A stretch of 60,225 nt of DNA, from the NCBI GenBank assembly GCA_044866075.1, contig JBIOTQ010000046.1, forward strand, positions 1-60,225, read 5' to 3'. Of this stretch, positions 9,156 through 19,341 are shown piece by piece. This stretch comes from Actinomycetota bacterium (GTDB taxonomy: Bacteria > Actinomycetota > AC-67). The first letter of the stretch is position 1. The number at the start of each line of letters is the position of its first letter. The position numbers were made by a program, and so were the translations under genes. The notes under the pieces were generated by a model. It was given only the letters and a program-made list of their open reading frames with translations, ran no database searches and had not been told where the DNA came from.

Positions 9156-9932
9156 ATGACGGCGACCTGTCACCGCGCCTCGCCCGAGACCTACTGTGAT
9201 CTGCTTCCACCGGAGATCGATCGGCTGGCACGCACGCTTGCGGATCTGGATCTTGCGGCGCGGGTGCCGACCTGCCCCGACTGGACGGTTGAGGACCTCG
9301 CCGTGCACATCGGGACCATCCATCGATGGGCGATGAACATGGTCAAAGTTCTCACGCCGAAGCGGCTCTCCTCCGCGAAGATGGATCTCGGGATGCCGGA
9401 CGATCCGTCGAAACTTGCCGCATGGATCGGAGCGGGAGCGGAGCCGTTGGTCGAGACCCTCCGCGCCGCCGAACACGACGCGCCGATGTGGGCGTGGGGA
9501 TCGGACCCGTACGCGCGCTTCTGGCCCCGGCGCATTGTGCACGAGTCCACGGTACATCGGGCGGACGCCGAGTTCACCGCCGGAATCGATCCGGCGATCG
9601 ATCGCACCGTCGCCGTTGACGGCGTCGACGAGTTCCTCGACAACCTCCCATACGCGGCCTACTTCGCGCCCCGCGTCAAAGAGCTCACGGGGACGGGAGC
9701 CCGGATCGCCTTCCGTGCGCGCGACGCGAACGTGGTGTGGACGATGGTTCTGGGGTCAGACGGCTTCACGTGGGATCACACGGAAGCGGGCGCCGACGCG
9801 TCGATCGAGGCGGAGTCAGGCGACCTCCTGCTTCTCATCTACGGGCGCCGGAAGCGCGAGAACGGGGACCGCTTCGCGATCTCGGGTGATATCTCCCTGC
9901 TGGATTTCTGGTTCGAACGCTCGTCGATCTAG
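9156..9932 (+). CDS. Maleylpyruvate-isomerase-family mycothiol-dependent enzyme (DinB-like N-terminal domain)
   Basis: Typical N-terminus (PTCPDWTVEDLAVHIGTIHRWA) and C-terminal ISGDISLLDFW region of this actinobacterial family. Confidence 0.7.
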   Translation: MTATCHRASPETYCDLLPPEIDRLARTLADLDLAARVPTCPDWTVEDLAVHIGTIHRWAMNMVKVLTPKRLSSAKMDLGMPDDPSKLAAWIGAGAEPLVETLRAAEHDAPMWAWGSDPYARFWPRRIVHESTVHRADAEFTAGIDPAIDRTVAVDGVDEFLDNLPYAAYFAPRVKELTGTGARIAFRARDANVVWTMVLGSDGFTWDHTEAGADASIEAESGDLLLLIYGRRKRENGDRFAISGDISLLDFWFERSSI

Positions 9933-12900
9933 CCGGCTTTGCCACCGCCGGGCCGCACGACGAAGATGCGCGTCTCGCCCTCGAACCCCTTGAGCGTGAG
10001 TTGCTTCTCGGCTGCAGCGATCCCGCGCTTGTCGAGCCAGCCGCGGGTCCGTCGGTAGGCCTCCTCGTCGAGGACGACCTCACCGTCCTCGGCGTGTGCC
10101 TGCAGCCGCGCCGCAAGGTTCGTCGTCCGGCCGATCACGTTCACGTCCTCGCTGCCGGTCAGACGTCCGACGACCGCGGGTCCGACGGCGATCCCGACGC
10201 CGAGCGGGAGGCCTTGGATCGAGGACTTGTCCTGCATCGCGACAGCCGCGCGAAGCGCCGACACGCAATGGTCCATGTCCGGACGGGTGACGTTGAAGCT
10301 CGCCATCACTGCGTCCCCGGCATAGGCATCGATCAGCCCGCCCTCGCGCTCGATCTCGCGACGCGCCCAGCGGTAGAAGGTCGTCATCTGTTGCGCCATG
10401 TCGGCGGGCGCCTCCCGGTTCGTCATGGCCGTGTACCCGCGCACGTCCGCGAAGAGCACCGTCACGAGTCGCTCGGCCGCCTGTTCGTCCGCTCGTGTGC
10501 CGGGCCGCGGCGTCTCGTGGAGCTCCGGGAGCATGACGCCGAGACGGTCCGCCGTCGAACGGACCGTTCTCTCGAGGATCACCGCTCCGGCCGCGTGCGC
10601 GGCACGGATCGCTTCGTCCAATTCACGAGCGGCGTCCTCCGAAGAGCCCGTCATGTGCAGTGCTTCCGCCAGCAAGGCCTTGGTGCGGATCTCGTCGGGG
10701 ACGTATCCCATCGCGGCGAACCCCTCGCGCGCCCGGCTCAGCATCTCGGCGGCGAGGGGGAAGTCGCTCTCCGCCAACGAGACCCGTCCTTGCGCCATGA
10801 GGACAAATGGGTACTCGGCCGCCGTCTCATCGACGTTTGTTTGGGCAAGAGCCTCCTTGGCCTCAGCAAGGCGGCCGGCAGCGACGAACGCTTCCACGAC
10901 CGTCGCCAGCGATCGACCGGCCCCCGGCGCGTTGAGGAAGGCTGCGAGATCGCGCGCGTGCGCCACTGCGGCCTCGATGTCGCCCCGTGCCAGCGCTAAG
11001 CGGAGGCGCGATTCGGCTCCCTGTTTCGCTTCCTGTGCTTCGATCTCCCGCGTAGGCGGGTGGACCGAGGCGGCTTCGTCCAGGCGTCCCTGCTCGGTGT
11101 AGACACGCGAGAGCCAGGCACGGGTCCACATACCCCACACGCCGCTCTGACCCGTCTCGTCTGCCGCTCGTTGACTTTCGACAAGACTCCGTTCTGCTTC
11201 CTTGAACCGTCCGAGGAGGTGGCACGCGAGGCCCGTAAGGAACCCGATCGCGAACTCCCCCCATTGATGCTGCGGGATCTCTTTGAACCGCTCGAGGACC
11301 CTCAGTCCCTCGCGGGCGCGCCCGATCTCCATGGTCGACGTGGCGGCGTTGTGGATCGTGTTCGAGGCCACGTCGTAGAAACCGCCTGCGATGGACTCGT
11401 CGATGCTGCGATCGAACCATCGCCGACCGTCGTCCGGGCTGCCGCCGTACGTCAGAGAAAGACCGAGGAAACCGTAGGCCCAGACGCGTTCACGATCTGA
11501 TCCCGTGGCCTCTGCTGCGGCGATCGCGCGCTCGGACATGTCTCGGGCGGCGTTGAACTCGTAATCGAAGACGTGCATCCCCGCGAGGCGGATGTAGAGG
11601 ATCGCGAGATCCCGGCTGGCGCCGAGCGGTTCCAGATCGCTGCGGGCCCTCTCGTATTCGACCATCGCTTGCTTGGGATCGTTCTTCACCCAGAAGACGC
11701 GGCCGAGCGCGATGCGACTGGCCGCCGCCGCGCCGACGTCGCCCGCCGCCTGCAACGTTTCTACCGCGTCGCGCAGATACTTCTCGGCAGGGCCAACGTT
11801 GGTCTCGAATGTGTACGCCTCCCCGACGTTGCGGAGGATCGTTCCGCGCTGCCGTGGGTCCGCGACGTACGGCAGGGCCCGCTCGTAGAATTCGGCGGCC
11901 TCGCGCGTGCCCAATCGCGCGAAAGCCTGCTCGGCGGCGGCGAGATAGGCGGGAACGGCCTCGTCGGCCCGGCCCGCCTCCGTTAGGTGATAAGCGAGCT
12001 CCGCGGGCGAGCCGTGGTCGCCGCGCAAGACGTCCGCCGCGCGTCCGTGGAGCTGACGGCGGCGCGGCGAGATGATGTCTTCGTACACGGATTCGCGCGT
12101 GAGCGCGTGACGGAACCGATACCGGCCTCGCACGTGCGGGTCCTCGTCCAGAAGCTGCTGCCGGACGCACACCTCGAGCGCATCGAGCACCACGGTCTCG
12201 TCCATGCCGGTGACGGCGACGAGCGTTTCGTAGGAGAAGCTCTGCCCGAGCACGGACGCCACGCGCAGTACGTCGGCGTGATCCTCATCGAGCCGTCCGA
12301 CCCGCAGCAGGATGCCCTCGGACACCGAGCGCGGGATCCGTAGCTCGGGCAGTGCCTTGCGATCCCACCCCGTTGCCGTTCGGTAGATGTCGCCGCGATC
12401 GACCGCTTCCTTCAGCATCTCCTCGATCGCGAACGGGTTCCCCTCGGTCCGGTCGAACATCAAGTCGCGGAACTCGTCGCTCACCTCTTCGTCGAAGATC
12501 GCGCCGATCACTCGGGCAACGTCGTCGGCGGGCAGAGGCGATAACTCGACGAATTCCGCGCTGCGCGAGCGACGCCAGCCTTGCACGATCGGTAGCAGCG
12601 GATGCTTCCGATGAAGCTCGTCCGCGCGGAAAGTGACGAGCACCATCGCGGGCGAGCCGCGGAGCCGCCGCGTCATGTAGTCGAGCAACTCTCGCGTCGA
12701 CGCGTCGGCCCAATGGATGTCCTCGACGATCACAAGCACGCCGCGACCGGACCCGGCCGCGCGAAGCGCGGCAAGGATCCCCTCATACAGGTGCAGCCGG
12801 GCCTGTGCGGGGTCGGAGGTCTCGGGTGGTGCCTCGCCGAGCTGAGGAAACAGCTGGGCCAGCGACGCCGCGGCCGGACCGAGGCGTTCACGCGCCTCGT

Positions 12901-13180
12901 CGATGTCGAGTCCCGCGAGCCAGTTCCCGATCGCCTCGGTGAACGGCAGGTACGGAAGCCCGATGTCCGCTTCCGTGCATCCGCCCGAGAGGACGGCTGC
13001 TCCCAGAGGCCGCGCGCGGGCCGTCAGTTCCTTCGCCAGCCGCGTCTTCCCGAGCCCCGCGTCACCGGAGATCGCGACGACCCGCCCGTCGCCGCGCGCC
13101 GCGGCGAAGAGCGCCTCCTCGAGGATCGCCAGCTCCTCGTCGCGGCCGATGATGACGCTGCACAGCGCCTGCGCGCTCAT
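9929..13180 (-). CDS. AAA_16 (STAND/LAL-type) ATPase - TPR - C-terminal class III adenylate/guanylate cyclase
   Basis: Start ATG at 13180 (MSAQALCSVIIGRDEEL). Walker A GDAGLGKT, Walker B VLVIVEDIHWAD, then a long TPR-like helical region. Cyclase motifs are VTVLFADVRGYT, YAGDAVMASF and GRTTNLAARLQ. The upstream 339 codons of the 1422-aa ORF overlap nucS and are not coding-like. Confidence 0.85.
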   Translation of the reverse strand: MSAQALCSVIIGRDEELAILEEALFAAARGDGRVVAISGDAGLGKTRLAKELTARARPLGAAVLSGGCTEADIGLPYLPFTEAIGNWLAGLDIDEARERLGPAAASLAQLFPQLGEAPPETSDPAQARLHLYEGILAALRAAGSGRGVLVIVEDIHWADASTRELLDYMTRRLRGSPAMVLVTFRADELHRKHPLLPIVQGWRRSRSAEFVELSPLPADDVARVIGAIFDEEVSDEFRDLMFDRTEGNPFAIEEMLKEAVDRGDIYRTATGWDRKALPELRIPRSVSEGILLRVGRLDEDHADVLRVASVLGQSFSYETLVAVTGMDETVVLDALEVCVRQQLLDEDPHVRGRYRFRHALTRESVYEDIISPRRRQLHGRAADVLRGDHGSPAELAYHLTEAGRADEAVPAYLAAAEQAFARLGTREAAEFYERALPYVADPRQRGTILRNVGEAYTFETNVGPAEKYLRDAVETLQAAGDVGAAAASRIALGRVFWVKNDPKQAMVEYERARSDLEPLGASRDLAILYIRLAGMHVFDYEFNAARDMSERAIAAAEATGSDRERVWAYGFLGLSLTYGGSPDDGRRWFDRSIDESIAGGFYDVASNTIHNAATSTMEIGRAREGLRVLERFKEIPQHQWGEFAIGFLTGLACHLLGRFKEAERSLVESQRAADETGQSGVWGMWTRAWLSRVYTEQGRLDEAASVHPPTREIEAQEAKQGAESRLRLALARGDIEAAVAHARDLAAFLNAPGAGRSLATVVEAFVAAGRLAEAKEALAQTNVDETAAEYPFVLMAQGRVSLAESDFPLAAEMLSRAREGFAAMGYVPDEIRTKALLAEALHMTGSSEDAARELDEAIRAAHAAGAVILERTVRSTADRLGVMLPELHETPRPGTRADEQAAERLVTVLFADVRGYTAMTNREAPADMAQQMTTFYRWARREIEREGGLIDAYAGDAVMASFNVTRPDMDHCVSALRAAVAMQDKSSIQGLPLGVGIAVGPAVVGRLTGSEDVNVIGRTTNLAARLQAHAEDGEVVLDEEAYRRTRGWLDKRGIAAAEKQLTLKGFEGETRIFVVRPGGGKAG

Positions 13181-13258
13181 GGTGTCCCGCTCCGCATCGG
13201 CTCCTACCGTACCGGGTCCGCGAGCAGCGCACGGTCGCGCTTGAGTACGCTGGCCGCC

Positions 13259-13915
13259 GTGCGCCTGGTCGTCGCCGAATGTTCCGTCGACTACACGGGG
13301 AGACTCTCCGCGCATCTCCCGCTCGCCCGCCGCTTGCTCGTCGTGAAGGCCGATGGGACAGTCGTGATCCACGGCGACCGCGGCCACAAGGCGCTGAACT
13401 GGATGTCGCCCCCGTGCACGATCCTCGAGCGGCCGGACGCGTGGACGGTCACGGGTCCGCGCGGCGAGACGCTCGAGATCTCGATCGCGGAGATCCACCT
13501 CGATACGACGCTCGACCTCGGCGCCGAGCCCGGCCTCCGCAAAACGGGGAGCGAGACCGAGATCCAGTGGCTCCTCGCTCAGAGCCCTGACGCCGTCGTG
13601 CCCGGCTCGCGGCTCGTCGCGCGCGAGTTCCCGACCGACCTCGGTCCCATCGACCTTCTTCTGCGCGACGCGGACGGCGGCGCGATCGCGGTCGAGGTGA
13701 AGCGCGTCGGCGAGCTCGCCGCGGTCGAGCAACTGACGCGGTATCTGGAGCGACTGAACGGCGACGCGTCGCTCGCACCGGTGCGCGGCGTCCTCGTCGC
13801 GCAGACCATCAAGCAGCAGACGCGAGTCCTCGCGAAGGCGCGGGCGATCGAATGCGTCGAGATCGATTTCGAGAAGCTGGCCGGCCGGGTCGTGCGCGAC
13901 CCGACACTCTTCTAA
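13259..13915 (+). CDS. nucS: Endonuclease NucS (EndoMS mismatch endonuclease)
   Basis: GTG at 13259 gives the canonical MRLVVAECSVDYTGRLSAHLP N-terminus. C-terminal RecB-like nuclease motifs GPIDLL, AVEVKR and EQLTRYLE. Confidence 0.9.
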   Translation: MRLVVAECSVDYTGRLSAHLPLARRLLVVKADGTVVIHGDRGHKALNWMSPPCTILERPDAWTVTGPRGETLEISIAEIHLDTTLDLGAEPGLRKTGSETEIQWLLAQSPDAVVPGSRLVAREFPTDLGPIDLLLRDADGGAIAVEVKRVGELAAVEQLTRYLERLNGDASLAPVRGVLVAQTIKQQTRVLAKARAIECVEIDFEKLAGRVVRDPTLF

Positions 13916-13924
13916 GGAGGACAC

Positions 13925-14299
13925 ATGCAATCCGATGCATTCCGGAAGGCCGTGGAAGCCTTCGATCTCGAGGCTGCGGCGGCGTGCCTGTCCCCCGGGG
14001 TGGTGCTGCATTCGCCCGTCACCTTCACGCCTTTCGTGGGTCGCGACGCCGTCGCCGCGTTGTTCGCGATCCTGTTCAAGACCTTCGAGGACTTCCGCTA
14101 CGTCGGCGAGTTCGCCGGCCCGGACGGCGCGGCCGTGCTCCACTTCCGCACGCGCGTGGGCGATCGAGACGTCGAGGGGATCGACATGATCAAACACGGT
14201 GCCGACGGTCTGATCGAGGACTTCACGGTGATGGTGCGTCCGCTGTCGGCGGTGACGGCCCTTCGCGACGCGATCGGCGCGCAGCTCGCCGCTAACTGA
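13925..14299 (+). CDS. SnoaL/NTF2-like fold protein
   Basis: 124 aa, 10 nt downstream of nucS, preceded by AAGGAGG. Its size and pattern are typical of NTF2-like proteins. Confidence 0.6.
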   Translation: MQSDAFRKAVEAFDLEAAAACLSPGVVLHSPVTFTPFVGRDAVAALFAILFKTFEDFRYVGEFAGPDGAAVLHFRTRVGDRDVEGIDMIKHGADGLIEDFTVMVRPLSAVTALRDAIGAQLAAN

Positions 14300-14305
14300 G
14301 CACGC

Positions 14306-15133
14306 TCACGCCGTCGAGAGCTGGGCCGTGTACGGCCCGCGCCCCGTCGCGACCGCCGCGCCGCAGCGCGCGGCGAACCTGATTGCGTCCTCCGTCCTGC
14401 GCCCTTCGGCGAGAGCGTACGCGAGACCGGCCGCGAACGAATCGCCGCATCCATACGTGTCCACCACAGGCGCCGGCGCCGGCGCGGCCGCGTAGCGCAG
14501 CTCCGCATCCCCGCGTTCCCGGTAGCTCCCGCCCGCGACGCCCTCCGTCCGGACGACCAACCGCGGCGGCGGATCGAGATCGCCGTCCCGGTAGACCTCG
14601 GACGGATCGCGTGCGCTCCCGACGATCGCGTCGAGCTCGACCCCGGCCTCGGCCAGCGCCGGCACGATGATCCGCGAGCTCGCGACGACAACCCGGGCGC
14701 GGCGCGCGAGCCGGATCGCGGCCGGATCGGCCGCGCACACGTACACCGCATCCACGTCGGGCAGCTCGTCCCACGGGAGCGGATCGTCGGCGCGGGCCTC
14801 GAGGCGCGGCCCGATCACCGTGATCGTGCGCTCTCCCGCCCCGTCCACGAACGTCAGCGCGCGCCGCGTGGGCTCCGCCCGGAACACGGCGGCGACGCGG
14901 ACACCCTCCCCTCGCATCTCGTTCGCGACTCGCCGCCCGCGATCATCGTCCCCGAGGGCCGTGTACAGCACTGCGCCGTCGGCGAGCTTCGCGAGCTGCG
15001 CCGCTGCGACGGCCCCACCGCCCGCGGGTCCCTCCCAGGCATCGGTCGCACGCGCGATCTCCCCGGCCACCGGCAGCCGGTCGACACGAACGAACTCCAC
15101 CCACTCGACATGTCCGAGAACGGCGCTACGCAC
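14306..15133 (-). CDS. PfkB-family carbohydrate kinase
   Basis: C-terminal PfkB signature DTYGCGDSFAAGLAYAL. GTG start. Confidence 0.8.
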   Translation of the reverse strand: MRSAVLGHVEWVEFVRVDRLPVAGEIARATDAWEGPAGGGAVAAAQLAKLADGAVLYTALGDDDRGRRVANEMRGEGVRVAAVFRAEPTRRALTFVDGAGERTITVIGPRLEARADDPLPWDELPDVDAVYVCAADPAAIRLARRARVVVASSRIIVPALAEAGVELDAIVGSARDPSEVYRDGDLDPPPRLVVRTEGVAGGSYRERGDAELRYAAAPAPAPVVDTYGCGDSFAAGLAYALAEGRRTEDAIRFAARCGAAVATGRGPYTAQLSTA

Positions 15134-15138
15134 GAGGA

Positions 15139-16362
15139 TCAGCGGAACCGGACCGGCAGCCGTTCGAGGCCGTTGAAGATGTTCGAGCGGAGCCGGCGCG
15201 GCTCACCGGCGAGCGCGAGCGCCGGCAGGCGCGCGAAGAGCTGCTCGAAGATCACCCGCAACTCCAGCCGCGCGAGCTGCGCTCCCAGACAGAAATGGGC
15301 GCCGAACCCGAACGCGAGGTGTTCGTTCGGCGACCGCGTCACGTCGAACCGGTCCCCGTCGGCGAATACCTCCTCGTCGCGGTTCGCCGAGCCGTACCAG
15401 AGCGTCACCTTCTGCCCGGCGCGGATCGTGACGTCGCGCAGCGACACGTCGCGCGTGGCGGTCCGCACCATCGACACCAACGTCGGCGAGACGTACCGCA
15501 ATATCTCCTCGACCGCGCGGGGCAAGAGAGACGGGTCGGCCGCAACGCGCGCACGCTCCTCCGGGTACTCGAAGAACGCGATCATGCCTCCAGACGTGCC
15601 ATTCATCGTGGTCTCACTCCCGGCGATGAACAGCAGGATGCAGAGCGCAAGCATCTCGGTTCGTGACAGCTGCTGCCCGTCGATCTCCGCGTCGACGAGA
15701 CCGCTGATCAGGTCCGAGCGCGGATCGGCCGCGCGCGTCTCGATCGCCTCGCGCAAGTAATCGATCAGCGACGCGGCAGACTGCATCGGATCCAGCATCG
15801 TCCCGGCGCGAGCCAGGTCCACGTCGGTAACCATCATCGGCTTGATCGCGGCGAAGAGCGCACCGCGATCCTCCGCCGGTATCCCGAGAAGCTCGCAGAT
15901 CACGATGAACGGCAGGCGCGCCGCGACGTCGGCCACGAAGTCCCCTTCTCCGGCCGCCTCCGCGTCGTCGATCACCGTTTCGACGACGCGACGTACGAAG
16001 GGCTCGAGCCGCGCGACCGACTGCGGCGTGAACGCCTTGTTCACCAGCGCGCGGAGCTTCGTGTGGCGGGGAGGATCGGTGATCACCAGCGTTCCTTGCA
16101 TCATCTCGTAGTCCATCGATGCACTGTCCGGGTTCTCGAGGTCCATCGTCGAGGTCCCGCCGGACGAGATGAAGCTCTGCGTGTCGCGCGACACGCGGCG
16201 CACGTCCTCGTACCGCGTGATCGCCCAGAAGCCCGGGCCCGACCGCTGGCGCTGGAAGAACACCGGCGCGTTGGCGCGAAGGTAGCGGAAGACCGTGTGC
16301 TGATCCCCGGTCGCGTAGAGCTCCGGATCGGTGAGATCGATGTCTTCGAGAGCGAGCGTCAC
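15139..16362 (-). CDS. Cytochrome P450
   Basis: Heme-binding loop FGFGAHFCLGAQLA, EXXR (EEILR) and I-helix FIAGSETT. Confidence 0.92.
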   Translation of the reverse strand: MTLALEDIDLTDPELYATGDQHTVFRYLRANAPVFFQRQRSGPGFWAITRYEDVRRVSRDTQSFISSGGTSTMDLENPDSASMDYEMMQGTLVITDPPRHTKLRALVNKAFTPQSVARLEPFVRRVVETVIDDAEAAGEGDFVADVAARLPFIVICELLGIPAEDRGALFAAIKPMMVTDVDLARAGTMLDPMQSAASLIDYLREAIETRAADPRSDLISGLVDAEIDGQQLSRTEMLALCILLFIAGSETTMNGTSGGMIAFFEYPEERARVAADPSLLPRAVEEILRYVSPTLVSMVRTATRDVSLRDVTIRAGQKVTLWYGSANRDEEVFADGDRFDVTRSPNEHLAFGFGAHFCLGAQLARLELRVIFEQLFARLPALALAGEPRRLRSNIFNGLERLPVRFR

Positions 16363-16467
16363 GGACGAGAGGGTACAGGCCGCAGCTACGAACCCGACGA
16401 AATCAGACCATTCCCGAAAAGTTCGGAACCGTTAGTCCCCAACTGGGATGAATCACCTAAATCGCTA

Positions 16468-16496
16468 TAGACAAATCTTTTGACACGGCTATTAAT
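16468..16496 (+). promoter_or_regulatory. Candidate sigma-70-type promoter for the S8 protease gene
   Basis: TAGACA, a 16-nt spacer, then TATTAAT, in an unusually AT-rich spacer about 40 nt upstream of the GGGGAGGGG RBS. Confidence 0.35.
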
Positions 16497-16536
16497 GGCA
16501 CGGCCACACGCCACCTTGTCTTGGGGAGGGGACCAT

Positions 16537-17682
16537 ATGGCTCGGCGTCTCGTCGCTCTCTTCTTCGTCGCTGTCACGCTCGCCGGTCAGGCCGCGACCG
16601 CTCGCGCTCCGCTCGCTCTCGGCCGGTACATCGTGACGCTTCGCGACTCGGTCGCCGATCCGGCCGCCGTGGCACGTCAACACACCGGGCTTCTCGGTGG
16701 CAGCGTGTCGCACGTGTACTCGCACGCGCTAAAGGGGTATGCCGCGTCGCTGCCGCAGGCGCTGCTGGCTCGATTGCTCGCCGACTCGCGCGTCCTCCGT
16801 ATCGAGCCCGACACGATCATGCACGCCGACGCGACACAGACCGGCGCGACGTGGGGCATCGACCGGATCGACCAGCGGAACCTTCCGCTCAACGGATCCT
16901 TCACGTACAACAACACCGGCGCCGGGGTCACGATCTACGTCATCGACACCGGCATCCGCTTCACGCACTCCGAGTTCGGCGGCCGTGCGTCGAGCGGCGT
17001 CGACGAGGTCGACGGCGGATCCGCGGACGATTGCAACGGCCACGGCACCCACGTGGCCGGGACCGCGGCCGGCGCGACGTACGGCGTCGCGAAGGCCGCC
17101 TCGATCGTCGCCGTCCGTGTGCTCGATTGCAACGGGATGGGTGGGACTTCGGACGTGATCGCCGGCATCGACTGGGTGACCGTGAACCACCAAGCGGCGC
17201 AGCCGGCCGTCGCGAACATGAGCCTCGGCGGCGGCGCGAGCAACGCCCTCGACACCGCGGTTCGTAACTCGATCGCCGACGGAGTCTCCTATGCCGTCGC
17301 CGCGGGCAACGGCAACATCATCGGGATCGCGCAGAACGCCTGCAACTTCTCGCCCTCCCGGGTCGCGGAAGCGATGACCGTCAGCGCGACCACGACGAGC
17401 GACGCCAAGGCCTCGTACGCGAACTACGGAAACTGCGTCGACTGGTTCGCGCCGGGCTCGGGGATCACCTCGGCCTGGTACACGAGCAACACCGCAACGA
17501 GGACGATCAGCGGAACATCGATGGCCTCTCCGCACACGGCGGGCGTCGCGGCGCTCTACCTGCAGGGAAACCCCGGCGCCTCGCCGGCCGCCGTCCGGCA
17601 GGCGCTGTTCGATCTCACGACCAAGAACAAGGTGACGAACGCGCGCTCGACGAACGCGCACCTGTTGTTCACGAACCTCTAA
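16537..17682 (+). CDS. Secreted S8 (subtilisin/proteinase K-like) serine peptidase with I9 propeptide
   Basis: Catalytic triad contexts [16 protein letters not shown] and [12 protein letters not shown] at 16537 follows the GGGGAGGGG RBS and gives the signal peptide [22 protein letters not shown]. Confidence 0.9.
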   Translation: MARRLVALFFVAVTLAGQAATARAPLALGRYIVTLRDSVADPAAVARQHTGLLGGSVSHVYSHALKGYAASLPQALLARLLADSRVLRIEPDTIMHADATQTGATWGIDRIDQRNLPLNGSFTYNNTGAGVTIYVIDTGIRFTHSEFGGRASSGVDEVDGGSADDCNGHGTHVAGTAAGATYGVAKAASIVAVRVLDCNGMGGTSDVIAGIDWVTVNHQAAQPAVANMSLGGGASNALDTAVRNSIADGVSYAVAAGNGNIIGIAQNACNFSPSRVAEAMTVSATTTSDAKASYANYGNCVDWFAPGSGITSAWYTSNTATRTISGTSMASPHTAGVAALYLQGNPGASPAAVRQALFDLTTKNKVTNARSTNAHLLFTNL

Positions 17683-17696
17683 GCGTAGGGTTTACG

Positions 17697-17732
17697 CGCG
17701 GGCCGGTCGCCAGACCGGTCCGCGTTCTCTTC
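17697..17732 (+). terminator. Intrinsic terminator after the S8 protease gene
   Basis: CGCGGGCCGGTC-GCCA-GACCGGTCCGCG, a 12-bp stem with one G-T pair, followed by TTCTCTTC. Confidence 0.5.
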
Positions 17733-18813
17733 AGCGCTGCAGGATGCTCGCCAGCACGCCGCCGGCGATCACGCCGAACGAAGCGATGCGGCGGGTGACG
17801 CTGGCCACGCGTTCGAGCCCGCGGAGCGCGGGCGTATGTGCGACCCACCCCGACGCGCCGTTCACTCGGCGCAGTCTCCGGGCGGGGATCGCGAGGAACG
17901 CGTTCACGACGGCGGGGTCGAACTGCGAGTCGGCGCAGCGGACGAGCTCATGCCGCGCTTGCGCCGCCGTCTTCGGCCGGTGGTAGGGACGGGCAGCCGT
18001 CATCGTCTCGTACACGTCGGCGACCGCGACGATCCGCGCGCCGAGGGAGATGCCGGAGCCGACGAGGCCGAGTGGATACCCGCGGCCGTCCCAACGCTCG
18101 TGATGCTCGGAGATCGCGGCGGCCCACTCCCCCAGCCAATCGTGCAACGGCTTCGTCAGGCGGGCGCCGTCCTGCGGGTGGCGGCGTACGACTTCGAGCT
18201 CCCGCGGGTCGAGCGGGCCGGGCTTGTTCAGGACGGACGTGGGAACCTCGAGCTTGCCGACGTCGTGGATCAGCGCGGCCCAGCGCAGTTTGTCCCTGTC
18301 GGCCGGGTAGAGCTTCAACTCGTCGCCGATCAGGTCCGTGTACGCGCGCACACGTTCGGAATGGCCTCGCGTCGCGCTGTCGTGGGCCTCGACTGCAGCG
18401 ACCAGCGACAGCGTCATCTCCGCGGCGCGCCCCGGCTCGTCCTCGAAGAGCGTCGTGCGCGCGATGCGGATCCGCTCCTCGAGCTCGCGCAAGTTCGCCG
18501 CGGCGCGGGCGACGCCGAGCCGCGACGGGGCGGTATCGGGGAAGGCCAGAGACAAGCGCAGGAGTACCGCCAGCGGAAGAAGGCGCCGGACGATCCGGTC
18601 CGTCACGGCGAGAACGAGCCCGAAGGAGAGCAGCACGATCGCCCAGCGGACGATGGGCACACCCACTCCGTCGGCGCGATGGAGGCCGTGCGCGGTGAGG
18701 ATCGCGGCGCCCACGGCCGCGGCGATCGGCGCGACGAGCACGAACGCGCGAAGGCCGGCCGCAAGATACGGCCGTCCACGCCAGCGGTCGTTCGGTGTGC
18801 TCGCCATGTGCAC
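17731..18813 (-). CDS. Membrane-anchored HD-GYP domain phosphodiesterase
   Basis: Two or three N-terminal TM segments. HD-GYP motifs HSERV, LIHDVGK and HHERWDGRGYP. Confidence 0.88.
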   Translation of the reverse strand: MHMASTPNDRWRGRPYLAAGLRAFVLVAPIAAAVGAAILTAHGLHRADGVGVPIVRWAIVLLSFGLVLAVTDRIVRRLLPLAVLLRLSLAFPDTAPSRLGVARAAANLRELEERIRIARTTLFEDEPGRAAEMTLSLVAAVEAHDSATRGHSERVRAYTDLIGDELKLYPADRDKLRWAALIHDVGKLEVPTSVLNKPGPLDPRELEVVRRHPQDGARLTKPLHDWLGEWAAAISEHHERWDGRGYPLGLVGSGISLGARIVAVADVYETMTAARPYHRPKTAAQARHELVRCADSQFDPAVVNAFLAIPARRLRRVNGASGWVAHTPALRGLERVASVTRRIASFGVIAGGVLASILQR

Positions 18814-18925
18814 GAAAGGACGGGCATCCGATGCCCGCCCCCGGATATCAGTGTCGTCGCGTGACCCTCGTCGCTTGAGGGGCTCGCGCCGACATGGGTC
18901 GACTTATCCGCCTTGTGTGGTTCTT

Positions 18926-19330
18926 CTAGCGGCCCCCGGCCCGCCCGGCGGAACCCATCTCCCGTTGGGGCGGCTCCCAGCGCACGCGGGGAGCGTCTTT
19001 CCAGAGACGCTCGAGTTCGTAGTACCGGCGGTCCTCGTCGACGAAGACGTGGACGACGACGTCGACGAAGTCGAGGAGGACCCAGCGACCCTCGCGCTCG
19101 CCCTCCCGGCGCACGGGCTTGAGGTCACGCCCGGCGAGGACCTTCTCCACCTCGTCGGCGATCGTCCGCACCTGCCGATCCGACGCGCCCGAGGCGATCA
19201 CGAAGTAGTCGGTGATCACGATCAGGTCGCGGACCTCGAGGACGACGACGTCGGACGCTTTCTTCTCACCGGCCGCCCGCGCGGCCGCGATGGCCGCATC
19301 CCGCGAAGCGTTACGTGCGCGTGTCGCCAG
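18926..19330 (-). CDS. rsfS: Ribosome silencing factor RsfS (iojap family); start codon uncertain
   Basis: Core sequence AAGEKKASDVVVLEVRDLIVITDYFVIASGASDRQVRTIADEVE...WVLLDFVDVVVHVF. There is no in-frame ATG/GTG/TTG near the conserved N-terminus. I provisionally placed the start at CTG 19330, 11 nt after the LCP stop. Confidence 0.7.
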   Translation of the reverse strand: MATRARNASRDAAIAAARAAGEKKASDVVVLEVRDLIVITDYFVIASGASDRQVRTIADEVEKVLAGRDLKPVRREGEREGRWVLLDFVDVVVHVFVDEDRRYYELERLWKDAPRVRWEPPQREMGSAGRAGGR

Positions 19331-19341
19331 CCGAACCCCCG

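Noticed and set aside
13181-14197. N-terminal 339-codon extension of the 1422-aa ORF encoding the STAND-cyclase
   Set aside because: The extension overlaps nucS and the SnoaL gene on the other strand and has no domain content. The ATG at 13180 gives the canonical AAA_16 N-terminus.
13925-14299. SnoaL-like genes next to both large cyclases as a conserved two-component module
   Set aside because: One pairing is co-directional. The other is merely nearby, on the opposite strand and behind nucS. NTF2-like genes are abundant in actinobacteria, so chance adjacency is likely. I kept only a low-interest note.
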